A stretch of DNA of 63,864 nt, filler included, from Ministeria vibrans ATCC 50519 (Eukaryota; Protista; Filasterea), in NCBI GenBank assembly GCA_943704425.1. It is 9 parts of 9 records of this genome, joined end to end, with 100 filler letters (N's around TTAATTAATTAA, not from the genome) between each part and the next. Parts side by side here need not be neighbours in the genome. Positions count along the whole stretch, not along the records: positions 1 to 30,805 come from CALSCP010001933.1; 8 more parts are not named here. One strand, 5' to 3'. The notes beneath the pieces were generated by a model that saw nothing but the letters and a program-made list of their open reading frames with translations, ran no database searches and was not told the DNA's origin. Below, one piece after another: positions 9,901 through 22,600 of the stretch. Position numbers and translations under genes: made by a program. Numbering within the stretch: the first letter of the stretch is position 1; the number at the start of each line of letters is the position of its first letter.

Positions 9901-12900
9901 TGACGACATCGCCCTCAACGACGTCCGCTCCATGACCATTCATGCCGCCCGTCACCAACACATCACGACCGCCACACACTATTCCCACAACAGCTCCCAC
10001 ACGACCGTGCGGATCGTGAGGTTGCGCTTTGCGTCTCTTCCCGCCGTCGGTGCCCACCGAAGACCACACTCCCTCCGCGGTAAGTGTGAAAGGCACCCCG
10101 AGAAAGTCCATGGCGGTATGACCACCATACACAAACAGTGGCCAAGGCAATGCAGAGCTACCTGACGAAAGAAACGACGCCACATGATCCGCTCGTTCAC
10201 GGGAGGGTCGCAGCGAGGGCACAGCGGAACGCGTTGGCATCGAACGAAAGTACAAACACACATCGTCACGTCGCGGCGCCTCGCTCAAAGCCGTCTTCTC
10301 ACGCTCAACGAGCCGCTCCGCTTCCTCCTTCTTCTCACGAGCGATTCGCTGTTGCTCACGCTGCTGCTCTTGGGCAAGCTGTTGCTGAGCCACACGCGCC
10401 GCCTCTATTGCCTTTGGAACGCGAATGCGTGACCAAACGGCGTCGGGGACGTTGGGCGCGGCAAGTCGGAGTGCATCAAGACCGTGCTGTGTCATTTGTG
10501 ACGACGAGACCGACAAACTCGTGAGGTTTGGAAGCGAGCCAGGCGCCAGTTGCACCGGTGCAGAGATGCTGTTTGATTCGACATTGGCAAGAGTGGCGCC
10601 ACGACAGACACGCAAGAGCGCACAAAAACCTTCATCGTCAATGGTCGGCGACCCTTGTGTCTGAACCGACACACTACGAATGGAGTGGTTTTCGGGCACA
10701 TCGTCGGCCCAGCTGGATCCAATGAGAGTCATGTTAGGCTCGGACAGGACGAGCGACAGACATTTAATGGGCGCACCGGAGCAAAGGAGCTCGCGCACAA
10801 ACAAGCGTGTGATGCCTGATGTATTGCGCACATCAAACTCGATGCACTTTAACAGCGCATTTGGCGGCACAGGAGCCATGGTAGACGGAACCACCGACTG
10901 GAGGAGACTCACCTTTTCGAGGTTCAGAGCGCGCGCAAGAATACCATTCAGAAGCGTCGCGGTGACCCCAACTCCTCGAAACCCCTGGAGCGTCACGGCG
11001 GTGAGAGCAAGAGGTCCTCCTTCGTTACAGCTAGCAGTGAACGCCGACGATGCCTCTCCGGTGATCTCCGTGAACTGAATCACGAGCGTGCGCAGCGACG
11101 GTGTGAGGGTGAGCACAAGCGAGTGAAGTGTGTCGACATTCATGCGCAAGGGTGACATGGTGAGAGACGTAAGAGCGTGCAAAGGGTGCGAGAGCGGTCC
11201 CTGAAGTGTACCGCAACGAGTGCCAATGGAGAGAGATTCAAGGCATGGCGAGAGGGTACCAACAAGAGAAAACATCTCGGTAAGGTTGTCGGGGAGAGAG
11301 GGAGCGTCGAGAGAGCGCAGATTGGGAAACGCTGCGAGGATGACACGTAGCTCATCGAGCGACTCCAGTCCCATCAGCCACAGCGTTGCCATGTGTGTAG
11401 CAATGTCGGCCGGGAGTTCGCTGATAGGCGACGAGTGGGAGGAAGGTGGAAGAGTGAGGACAAGGTTGCGAAGACGCGGCGCAGCATAAAGGAGCGACAG
11501 AAGCAACAAGGTGTGCATTTGAAGGTTGTCGTTGGGCGGATATTGCAGGTGTGAGAGGGACGGAAGGCTCTCACGCGGAGGCTGATGGATTTTGTCAAGT
11601 GCCGTTCGCAGTTGCACGGTCGTGGGATACGCCAAAGGAGACTTGGGCAAGAGGAGTTTTGTAAGTGCGGGGGCGTGAGACGCGAGCGAGCACACCACAT
11701 CGAGCGAGAAGAGACCGCGGTGCTTGGAGAGGTCACAGTTCATCAGCGAGAGGTATTCGAGTCGCTCGAGACTGTTCACACACGGAGGAAAGTCAAACGC
11801 AGCGGCAGTTTGCACTTCAAAGTGGGTGAGAGTAGCAGCGGCGGTGTACAGCACTTGCGCGGCAATCTCGCGAGTGAGCGGACCAGCAGCATCCCACATC
11901 GAGAACTGTTGCAGATTTGGGAATGGCATTAGGGCGCGCGGAGGCAAACGACGGGTATTGACTTGTAACTCGAGTCGATGCGTGTACTGTGCAAAGGAGA
12001 GCAAGGCGTGGTACGAGTCGGGCGTGAGCGTTGGTGGCTGGAAGTTGCTGAGAGACATCTCGTGCAGAGACTGCGGTGGCGCACAGTCCACCAGAAACTC
12101 CGTAAGCGCCCCACACTGACTCATACGCACAGTGTCGAGTCGTGCACAGGTTTCCGCCGCATCGCTTTCAATACGCACACTCGTCATGGATGGGCACGTG
12201 AGCAAGAGATGCGTCAGAGAGGCAAACACAGGCGAGGAGTCAGCAGACACCACGCAAAAATCCCACGCAGGCGCGTCCATCGTTGTCTCGACGGTGAGCG
12301 ACTCCAGCGCACACGCCGATAGTGCACGCACAATGGTCGATGTCTCGGCAAGTTGGCCAAGGCGCCTACAAATTCAAAGCGAGTGAAATTGATAAAAAAA
12401 AAAATTAGTACAATGTCTTACAGGCTTTTGAGGTGATGGCTAGAGGAAAATGCAGATTTGAGCGACAAGGCGGTCGTGGATGAAGACGAAGCTACTGCGG
12501 CCGCTTCAGACATGTCCAAACGACGGCGTTTCAACTCAGCTTTGCCAATACTGCGGACGCCGCCTCCGTCGAGATTGTAAACACGGCGTCGCGCGTAGGG
12601 TGAGGTCAGAGAGACATCAAGATGCGTAAGCTCGGGAAGAGACGTAAGCAACGTCTCAATCTGCGCAATACCCATGTCATCGGCAGTCAGGGTCAAGTGG
12701 CTCAGTTGGGGCTGGTGCTGGGCAAGAAAAGCCGAAATGGGCGAGGGGAAGCTGTCCGCGATAATGTAGTCAAGGCCAAGCCGGCGAAACCGTCTCTGTG
12801 GCGACTCAACCAGACCACGCATGTACTCACCAACACGCGCGCCCGCCTCGTCGTTGGCAACCACACCGTACAGCTCGAGAGCTTCAACGCCACGATCACA

Positions 12901-13410
12901 CAGCACTTGCACGACGGGTTCAAGTGAGAAGGCAAAGGGCGATGTCAGCTTTGCACTGAACAGTCGCAATCGAGGAAGAGCGCTCACAAGCGCCAGAAGA
13001 GAGTCGGGTGCCACAAGATGACAGCTAGTCAGACGAAGCGTTTCTACCTGAGCAAAGACGCCGGGGCGCGCGTCCATGGCGTGCACGAGCGACGCAAGAA
13101 TCTCGTCGCTTGCCTGTCGCAAATGCAACTCGGTTGTGTCCGCCGGCAGCAGCGCAGCGTGCGACCGTGCCGCCGGCACCCCATCCGTAGCGTCCATGTT
13201 TAGCAGCAGCTCGTGGATCCGCGCACGGTCTTCAGGCAGCGTGGGCGCCAGCAGAGCAAATGCTTCGATCGGTGTCATCGGGCCGTACAGTCGCCAGGCG
13301 ACCTCGACAATGCTCTCGGTCACGGGCGTCCCGTCGACACCGGCAACCAGACATGTTTCGCCGCGATGGCGTTCGCGTAGCTCGTTGAGCGACGCCGATT
13401 TACTGAACAT
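6953..13410 (-). CDS. Large (~2,100 aa) protein: LRR solenoid, coiled coil, Kelch-like beta-propeller, acidic tract, second RNI/F-box-type LRR block; 4 exons
   Basis: Three long ORFs (12418-13482, 9161-12331, 6953-9118) splice in frame: KSL|RLGQ (GTAAGA...GTAG) and NQE|MVFR (GTAAGA...TTAG), plus a last GTACGG...GTAG intron. LxxLxL repeats, Kelch-like VYGG/VTGG/IVGG/FVGG motifs and poly-Glu are present. Confidence 0.8.
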
Positions 13411-13690
13411 GAACAAAAAGAATTGAAAAAAAAAAATAATAATGATAATAAACACTGCCTTTTTGGGGGAGTTGAGATCCAAGATCGATCACAGATCGAT
13501 CATAAAAAAATCTATCCCCCTTGGGCTTTCGTCTTTCTTCAATCATATTTCTTATTAATTTTAAACTGTCGCTGTCTCACGTGAAGAAACATCTAGATAC
13601 TAATTTTTTTTTATTTTTAAATATTTTATGGAAAGGAACACACGAAACACGCACAAACAATATAATAATAAACAATCATACGAAACCCAA

Positions 13691-16600
13691 CTACGCAATA
13701 GAAGGCTCAAGATCAAATCCTTGAATAGAAACAGGTCGAGCGCTCTGTCGGTTGAAAGACAGGGCTGTCGAAGAGCCACCGACCGTGTCAATGACACGAT
13801 CAAAGGCCGGGCGATTGTCCAACATGCCCAACTCAATGGTAGGCTCGTCAAACACTTGGGAAGTAACAGACGCGAGCGAGCCGGATCGCTGCTCCGCCAA
13901 GTTGTAGCCAATGGAGCCGTCGCGACCAAACTTGGCACGCGTTTTGTTGCGACGCGAGCGATGCAACAGAAGCAAGACAATGAAGAGCGCCAGTAGCACG
14001 AGCGGCACAATTACATAGACGGCAATGAGACCAGACGACACAGCGGTGTTGCCCGCGATTCCCACGGTCACCTGTGACTCACAAAGCTCGCCTGTGTGCG
14101 TCGCATCGCAAGTGCAAGTAAACTGCGTATCGCCATCGACACAGGTGCCGCCGTTGAGGCACGGTGACGAAGCACACTCGTCAACAGCACCCACAAAGAT
14201 GTAGCCTGAGCCAGGAACACCGCCACAGATGCTGCCGCTGGGACACGTCGTGCGACGACGCCCGAGCACGCTAGCCACAACGGTGTACGGCTGTCCAGCA
14301 CCCGGCGAGTAGTACATGCGCAGTCCTGACACGCCCGGATTGGCCGTCACCGCAATGGTCACGGTCACGTCGCCCGTCACCGACGCACTGATCACAAGCT
14401 CAAAGACCGATGTGACAATGACCAGAGTCGCTGGCACGGGCGGAATGCTCAGTGATGCGGCCGAAAACGTCTGAATATTCACCACTGTTCCAGCGGGCAC
14501 ATTGGAAGTCGTAAAGAGGAGCGAGAGCGCACTTGTGGTTGGCGAGATGACTCGCCCACCCACCGGTACCACATAGCCCTTCTGGGTGCACAGGGTACCG
14601 TGCGTTCCGTCCACACAATCGCATGTGAAGCCGTTCACTCCATCCACGCAGGAGGCGCCCGATGCACAGGGAGCACTTGAACACTCGTTCGTGTTCGTCG
14701 CACACACAGCCCCCTCATACCCGGCGGCACACGTACACGAAAACTGGTTAATTTCATCGACACAAGTCGCGCTGTTCTGACATGGCGAAGACGCGCACTC
14801 GTCTGTGTTCGCATCACATGCACTGCCCGTGAATCCAGCCACGCAGGCGCATGCATACGCACCCTCCGAGTCTGTGCAAGTACCGCCGTTCTCACACGGT
14901 GCACTCGCACACTCGTTGATGTCGCTCTCACATGACACCCCAGTGTACCCGCTCGAGCACGCACATTCGTAGCCGCCACCCACAGACGACGTGCACGCGC
15001 CATTAATGCACGGCGACGACTGGCAAACGAGCACCAGCGTCTCGCACAGTGTGCCGCCAAACGCATTCGCACATGTACACGTGTAACTGTTGACACCATC
15101 AACGCAAGTAGCGCCATTCTGACAAGGAGACGACGGACAGTCGTCAACATTTACCTCACAGTTGTTGCCGGTAAATCCAGCTGCACACACACACGAGTAT
15201 GCGTCAACACTGTTTGTGCAGGATCCGCCATTCTGACACGGTATGCTCGCGCACTCATCCACATCCGCCGCACAAAGCACGCCAGTGAAGCCCGAGGCAC
15301 ATGTGCACGAGTAACCATCAATAGTGTCCAAACAAGTACCGCTGTTCTGGCACGGGCTCGAAGAACATTCGTCCGTGTCCGACGCACACAGGGAGCCAAA
15401 AAATCCGCTCGCACAAGCGCATGAGAAGCCATTGACTGCCTCAAGACACGAAGCACCATTTTGGCAGGGCGAGCTCACACACTCGTTGATGTCGGATTCG
15501 CACGCAGTACCCGTAAAACCCACAAGACAGGTACACGCGTGCTCTCCAACGGCGTCCACGCATGTGCCTGCATTCTGGCAGGGTTCGCTCAAACAGTCGT
15601 CAATGTCCGTCTCGCACAGTGTGCCGGTGTAGCCCACGGCACACACACACGTAAACGCGTCAACTTCATTCAAGCACGTCGCTCGGTTGAGACATTGTCG
15701 CGAGGCACACTCGTCAATGTCCGACTCACAACTGCTACCAGTAAATCCGGCCGCACACACGCACGCATAACCGTTTGCCGTATTCACACACGTCGCAACC
15801 AAGGAACACGGACTTGAGGCACAATTGTCTGTCGCCGCCTCACACAATGCACCAAAGAATCCAGAAGCACAGATACACGTGAAGACATTCACAGACTCAC
15901 TGCAAGTTGCGCCGTTCAGACAGGGAGTGCTCGCACACTCGTCAATGTCCGACTCGCACGTGTCCCCAGTGTACCCGGTCACGCACACGCACGAGTACAT
16001 CGCTACGCCATCGACACAAGTCGCCCCGTTCACACACGGACCACCGGCGCAATCGTCAACGTTTGTCTCACACATATCGCCTGTGAATCCCTCGGCGCAC
16101 GCGCATGCAAACCCATTCACTGCGTCACTGCACGTCCCTCCATGCACACATGGACCGCTGTCGCACTCGTCAATGTTCGACTCGCACGCGTCTCCAGTGT
16201 ACCCGGTCACGCACACGCACGAGTACATTGCGAGGCCATCAACACAAGTCGCCCCGTTCACACACGGACCACCAGCGCAATCGTCAATGTTTGTCTCACA
16301 CACATCGCCTGTGAATCCCTCCGCGCACGCGCATGCAAACCCATTCACTACGTCACTGCACGTCCCTCCATTCTGACAAGGACCACTCGCACACTCGTCA
16401 ATGTCCGACTCGCACGTGTCCCCAGTGTACCCGGTCACACACACGCATGCTACAGCGTCAAGTTGATCTTGGCACGTCGCTCCATTCTGACAAGGACCAC
16501 TCGCACACTCATCAATCTCCGACTCGCACGTCCCGCCAGTGTATCCCCCCATGCAAACACAGGTGTGCCCGTTTACAATGTCAACACATGTCGCGCCATT

Positions 16601-19600
16601 CAAACAAGGATCGCTCGCGCACTCATCCGTGTCTGCTTCGCATGACACGCCGAAAAAGCCGCTCATACACACACACGAGAACGATCCAACCTCATTCGAG
16701 CAGGTTGCTCCATTGACACACGGAGTGCTCGCACACTCGTCAATATCCGACTCGCACGTGTCTCCAGTGTACCCGGTCACGCACACGCACGAATACATTG
16801 CGACGCCATCANNNNNNTATCGACTCGCACGTGTCTCCAGTGTACCCGGTCACGCACACGCACGAGTACATTGCGACGCCATCAACACAAGTCGCCCCGT
16901 TCACACATGGACCACCAGCGCAATCGTCAATGTTTGTCTCACACACATCGCCTGTGAATCCCTCCGCGCACGCGCATGCAAACCCATTCACTGCGTCACT
17001 GCATGTCGCTCCATGCACACATGGACCGCTGCCGCACTCGTCAATATCCGACTCGCACGTGTCCCCAGTGTACCCGGTCACACACACGCATGCTACAGCG
17101 TCAAGTTGATCTTGGCACGTCGCTCCATTCTGACAAGGACCGCTCGCACACTCATCAATCTCCGACTCGCACGTCCCGCCAGTGTATCCCCCCATGCAAA
17201 CACAGGTGTGACCGTTTACAATGTCAACACATGTCGCGCCATTCAAACAAGGATCGCTCGCGCACTCATCCGTGTCTGCTTCGCATGACACGCCGAAAAA
17301 GCCGCTCATACACACACACGAGAACGATCCAACCTCATTCGAGCAGGTTGCTCCATTGACACACGGAGTGCTCGCACACTCGTCAATATCCGACTCGCAC
17401 GTGTCTCCAGTGTACCCGGTCACGCACACGCACGAGTACATTGCGACGCCATCAACACAAGTCGCCCCGTTCACACATGGACCACCAGCGCAATCGTCAA
17501 TGTTTGTCTCACACACATCGCCTGTGAATCCCTCCGCGCACGCGCATGCAAACCCATTCACTGCGTCACTGCATGTCCCTCCGTGTGCACACGGACCGCT
17601 GTCGCACTCGTCAATGTCCGACTCGCACGTGTCCCCAGTGTACCCGGTCACGCACACGCACGAGTACATTGCGACGCCATCAACACAAGTCGCCCCGTTC
17701 ACACACGGACCACCAGCGCAATCGTCAATGTTTGTCTCACACACACTGCCTGTGAATCCCTCCGCGCACGCGCAGTCAAACCCTTCTGAAGAATGCTGCA
17801 CACAGGTGCCGCCGCTCAGACAGGGACCACTGTCGCACTCGTTGAAAATCGACTCACAATGAACTCCGGTCATTCGTAGAGGGCAAGCGCACGTGAATCC
17901 ACCGCCTGATTGAAGTAGACACGTCGAGCCAGTCGTGCACGGACTTGACAAGCACTCGTCCACGTCCGTCTCGCACAGAGAACCAATGCGACCGGCCGCA
18001 CATAAACACGAAAAGCTCAAGTGGCCATCAATACACGAGCTCGCGCCTGCACATGGCGCACTTGTACAGTCATCAACGGACTCGTCGCACATAAAACCGG
18101 TCCATCCAGCTTCACACAGACACGTAAATGACTGTGTGCCAACGACGCAAGTGCCTCCATTCATGCAAGGTACCGAATCGCACTCGTCCACATCTGTCTC
18201 GCACAATGGGCCCGTAAAGCCCACCGCACATGTACACAAGAACGAGTGGCCACTCGCGTCATCGCACGTCGCGCCGTTCGCGCACGGCGACGAAATACAA
18301 ATGGGAATCCACAAAATGCGAATGTCATATGTCTCAACGCGAAACGTCGACAAATGATCCACAAAGTGCAAAAGATCAAACGTCACATCAGGTGTGTTCT
18401 CGTTGTGCTCAATGCGGAAGTTTGCCCAAGTGTTTGCATCAAGCAACACAGTGCCATCGCTTACTCGCGTCACCGACACAATCGAGGGAGCCTGGTGTGT
18501 TGTCGGGTTGTGCAAGCGCACATAGACAAATCCGTCGGCGGGACTGGGCGTCTGCACACGAATCGTACTGAGTCCACCCGAGTCGGCGGTCACAACGACT
18601 CCCTGCAGCGAGGACGAGTTGAACGCAGTACATGGATATACGTTGATGCCATCACTGCTGTACACCATGTCCGGCATGCCTTCCGCGTCCAGCACCTCAT
18701 CTGCCAAAAAGTCCAACAAACCGTCGTTTGGCGACAGGACCGACGTGGGAATCTCCATTGTATGCGTGAGTGCCAAGAAACGAAACTCGTCAATCAAAGA
18801 CAGTTCCGTATCACCCAGCGGATTCACATTTTCAAACGTCGCTAAGAAACTCAGCATTAATAAGAAAGCAACGACTGAACAACAAAAAAAAAAACAAAAT
18901 TGCATACCTTCGTAAGAGATAAACTCTCCCTGCAAAGAACAAGTCATCTGCCAGTACACAACAACAGAAGACAGAGGCACAACGTCGCCCAGTTCAGCCG
19001 TGAGACTAGGGCTCACCACACCATTGTTCACTTGCGTCCTACAAATCAAACAAGCGCGCAAGGCACAAACATAACAACAACAACAATATTATTAAAAATA
19101 ATAATAATAATTATTATGAATTATTATCATTGCATTATTGATGACTTACGACTCAATTTGGAAGTCAATGAGCAGACCCTTCTCGTTGTCGATAATCTTG
19201 GGCTGTGACGACGTAATGGCCATGTCACGAGCAGTGCCGTAGCCATTGTTGAGGAGCAGCAAAGCAAGAGTAAACGGTTCGCGCGTCTCTTGGTTCGCAG
19301 TGAAGGGATCGTCACTGAAGACTATAAAGAACACAATAAAACACATTTTATCGTCCGAATATTCACTCTTGCAAGACAAGTCTACATTCCATTTTACCTT
19401 GGCGCTGCAAGAAATACGTAATGTTGAGCCGTGGATCGGGTGACACGGTAATTTGGTCCGGATACAGAGTGTTGGTGAAGCGATTGCCTAAAATTTCCCG
19501 GGAAAAAAAAAACAACAGCAACACAATCATTAACAGACAATATAACTCGGATTTTCTTTCTGTGGTGCTTACCATCTGTGGTGTACTCAAATACACCACC

Positions 19601-22600
19601 CACCGTGTAAATGGTGTCGACGATGGGAGCGGCTGTACGTCGCGGGATAATGAGCCACGAGGCATCACCAGACGTCTTGGCCGCAAGGGTGCCGTTGCCT
19701 GTCACACCAGTGATACCCACCAGTTCAGCATTGCCCATGGCAAAGTGTACGTCAGCCACATCGCCAAGTGAATCCTTAATCTCCAGCACCACCCGCAGAT
19801 TGGTCAGCGGCACGTCACCTCCATTGCTCACTTCCAGCTTTGCAGTAAACGCCGCGCGTGTGAGCACCAGTTCCTGTGAAATTTGAATCTTCACTGTTGC
19901 GCACACACCCGACTTGCCGGAGGTCGCCTCGGTCTTGAAGGTTTCCTGGCTCGCCACAAACGCACTGAAATAGTCTGTACGGACCTGCTTATCCGTTGTA
20001 AATTGCGCCAACTGCGCGTTAAACAAGTTCGCATCAATGAAGTCGACCGACTCGCCCGCCTGCACATTGCTGGGCGAGCTTATGCCCAGATCCCAGTTGC
20101 TGATGCTGCGGTTGTAACGGTCCAAAAACAGGGTAGTCTGGCTCAGCTCGAGGCCTTCGGGCGAAAGTGCTAACAGCGTATTGTACTAAAAATCGTCATC
20201 GAGCAGTTAAGCACATCAACATGCACAAGAGTAGAAACACAATAAAATAATATAGGTGCAAAAATAACACTACAACAACAAAGACAAAGAGAACACAACA
20301 CCTTCCGATTTACAAGTAAAAACAGTCGCAGATATCACAAAAGAACATCGAGATTTTGCCTACCTCATTCGCATCAAGTGCTAGACCTAGCGCACTCTCT
20401 TCGGCACCCGCTGCCTTGAACGCATCCGCAAAGGCGGTGCTGTTGACTGCGAGCCACGACAAGTCGCCAAAGACATTCTCAAACATGTCCATGGCGTTTG
20501 CGGCCATAATGGAGTTGTCTACCACTTGCTCGCCTACCTGCGCTGCCGAGCGACGACGACCAAACAGCGACGAAGCGCACTTCAACAGCGATTTGCCGCA
20601 GTCCCACACTTTCTTCCACTTAAGAATGGTCTTGGTGACCTTGATTACCTCCGTAACAAGCTTCTTGTACGGTCCCTTGGGTGTCCCAACAGAATCGGCG
20701 ACAATGCCAATGACGCCTGACGGCGCAGGTGGAGGGTTGTCCCACACATCAATAAGAAAGGTGATCGTCTCAAGCACAGTAATCACAGTCGAAATTGGAG
20801 TGAACGTGATCACACAATCCAGCACTACGCATAAAAGAAACAGAGTAAGAAATAGGCGGGAGCAGCGGCAACTTCACATTTGTAGCAAAATGAAACAATT
20901 ACCTCCTTGGACACACTCGTTACAAATGAGGCTCTGCGAGAACGACTGAGGAGTCGAGTAGTCTGTGGTGGGAACAAAACGGCAACCCGAACAGCCGTTG
21001 CCAGTCCATGGATACGTCTTAAGACGCCCACCGCAGTTGGTCGTGCAGCCCGATGACGATGGCGTACACGGCGATCCACCATTGCTGCAGCGGATAAAAA
21101 TAAATATTATAATCATTTAATTTAGTTTTGATGTATGCATATATGTGAAGTATTGTAGACGTTACGTGATGATGGGAATAGAGATTTTTCGATTCTGGTC
21201 GCCACATCTGAGAAAAAAAAANNNNNNNNNNAAAAAAAAAGTACCGGTAAAAGTAGGCAGCACCCAATTTAAAACAGGACGTGCCACCGCGCGCCATGCG
21301 AGAGCGTGGGGTGTTGGAGTCGATGGGCAAGAGATTAGCCGAAGAGAAGTCCAGACCGTCACGTTCGGCCTGCTCGAGAGCACGACGGCGCAGAGTGGGC
21401 GAACGCGAGTCGGTGATTTTGACGGTGAGTGACACGGACGTGTTGGCGGCCACCGTGATATTGTCGAGGGTCTGGGTGCCGTCGGTGACAAGAGTGAAGC
21501 TGAGGAAAGGGTGTGACTTAGGCAGGCTCATGCTGAGACCGTCGGCACGAATAAGACCATGATTGGTGTACACAAAGACAATCTCGGGCACGGCACCCGT
21601 CTCGAGCAGGTCAAAGTCAACGGTGTTTGGCGAGACTGTTACCACCGGCTGTGGCACATTGACTTCAAAGGTTGGCTCAAGTTTGATCACATACACATCC
21701 TTGATGGGAGTCGGTGTCACTGTGAAGACGTACGACACGACGGCGCGGTGAAGGAAAGCATAGAGGGGCGGTGAGTTGGGTGTCACTTGAAGGACACTGC
21801 GGAAACTGTCGTGTCCCTTGGCCTGCGCCGTCACCGTGTAAAAGTCCTCCAAGATGTTGAAGAAGGTGATGTTGCCTTGGGCGCTGGTCTTGAGCGAGTA
21901 GCGCGCTCGACTCGTCTTACCCACCAGCGTCACCGTCGCGTCGGCCAGGTAGGGCCGCAACGCCGTGAAGTAGGTTGCTTCGTCCTCGCAGAACACAGTG
22001 AAATTAAGGTTGAGCGACGAAGAGACGGTGTAGCGATAGGACACGGTGATGGCAGTGATATTGGAGCGCACGACAAACGAGCCGGAACCGTCGCCGAGTG
22101 GAAAATCGGGAGGAGGACTGAAAATCAAATCGAGAGTTGTCTGGTTGCCGCTGAGTAGTGCTGGCAAACGAGCGGGTGTCGATAGAGACACCACCGGTTC
22201 GTTCGATGGCATAATGACCTCCAGAGGGAACGTGGTCACCTCGCCCGTGTTGGCAATGGTAACGCGACGCAACGTCTGCGTGCCGCGCGTCACACTGACG
22301 CGAACCGACGAGGGAGACGCCGCGAGTTTCGGCAAGCGGGGACGCATGTCCACTCCAACACGCAGCACCACAAACACGCCTTGGTCGGTATCAAATCGCA
22401 CGTCCATGTCGCGTGCAAAGCCTGACGAGGGCGCGGCAAGAGTCACGTCCACATTGACCGAGGACGTCCCGCCGACCGTCGTGCTACTCAGTGACACGTC
22501 AAACTGCGACAGAGGACCGAGCGACGTCATAACGGTCGCGGTGAGTCCCGTCAGCGGTACATCGCCCAGATTCTGCACTTGCGTGACTGTCTTGAGCGTT

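Noticed and set aside
16805-16820. Frameshift or pseudogenisation of the EGF gene (also at about 21221)
   Set aside because: Both coincide with N gaps, in a repeat and in a poly-A intron respectively, so they are assembly artefacts.
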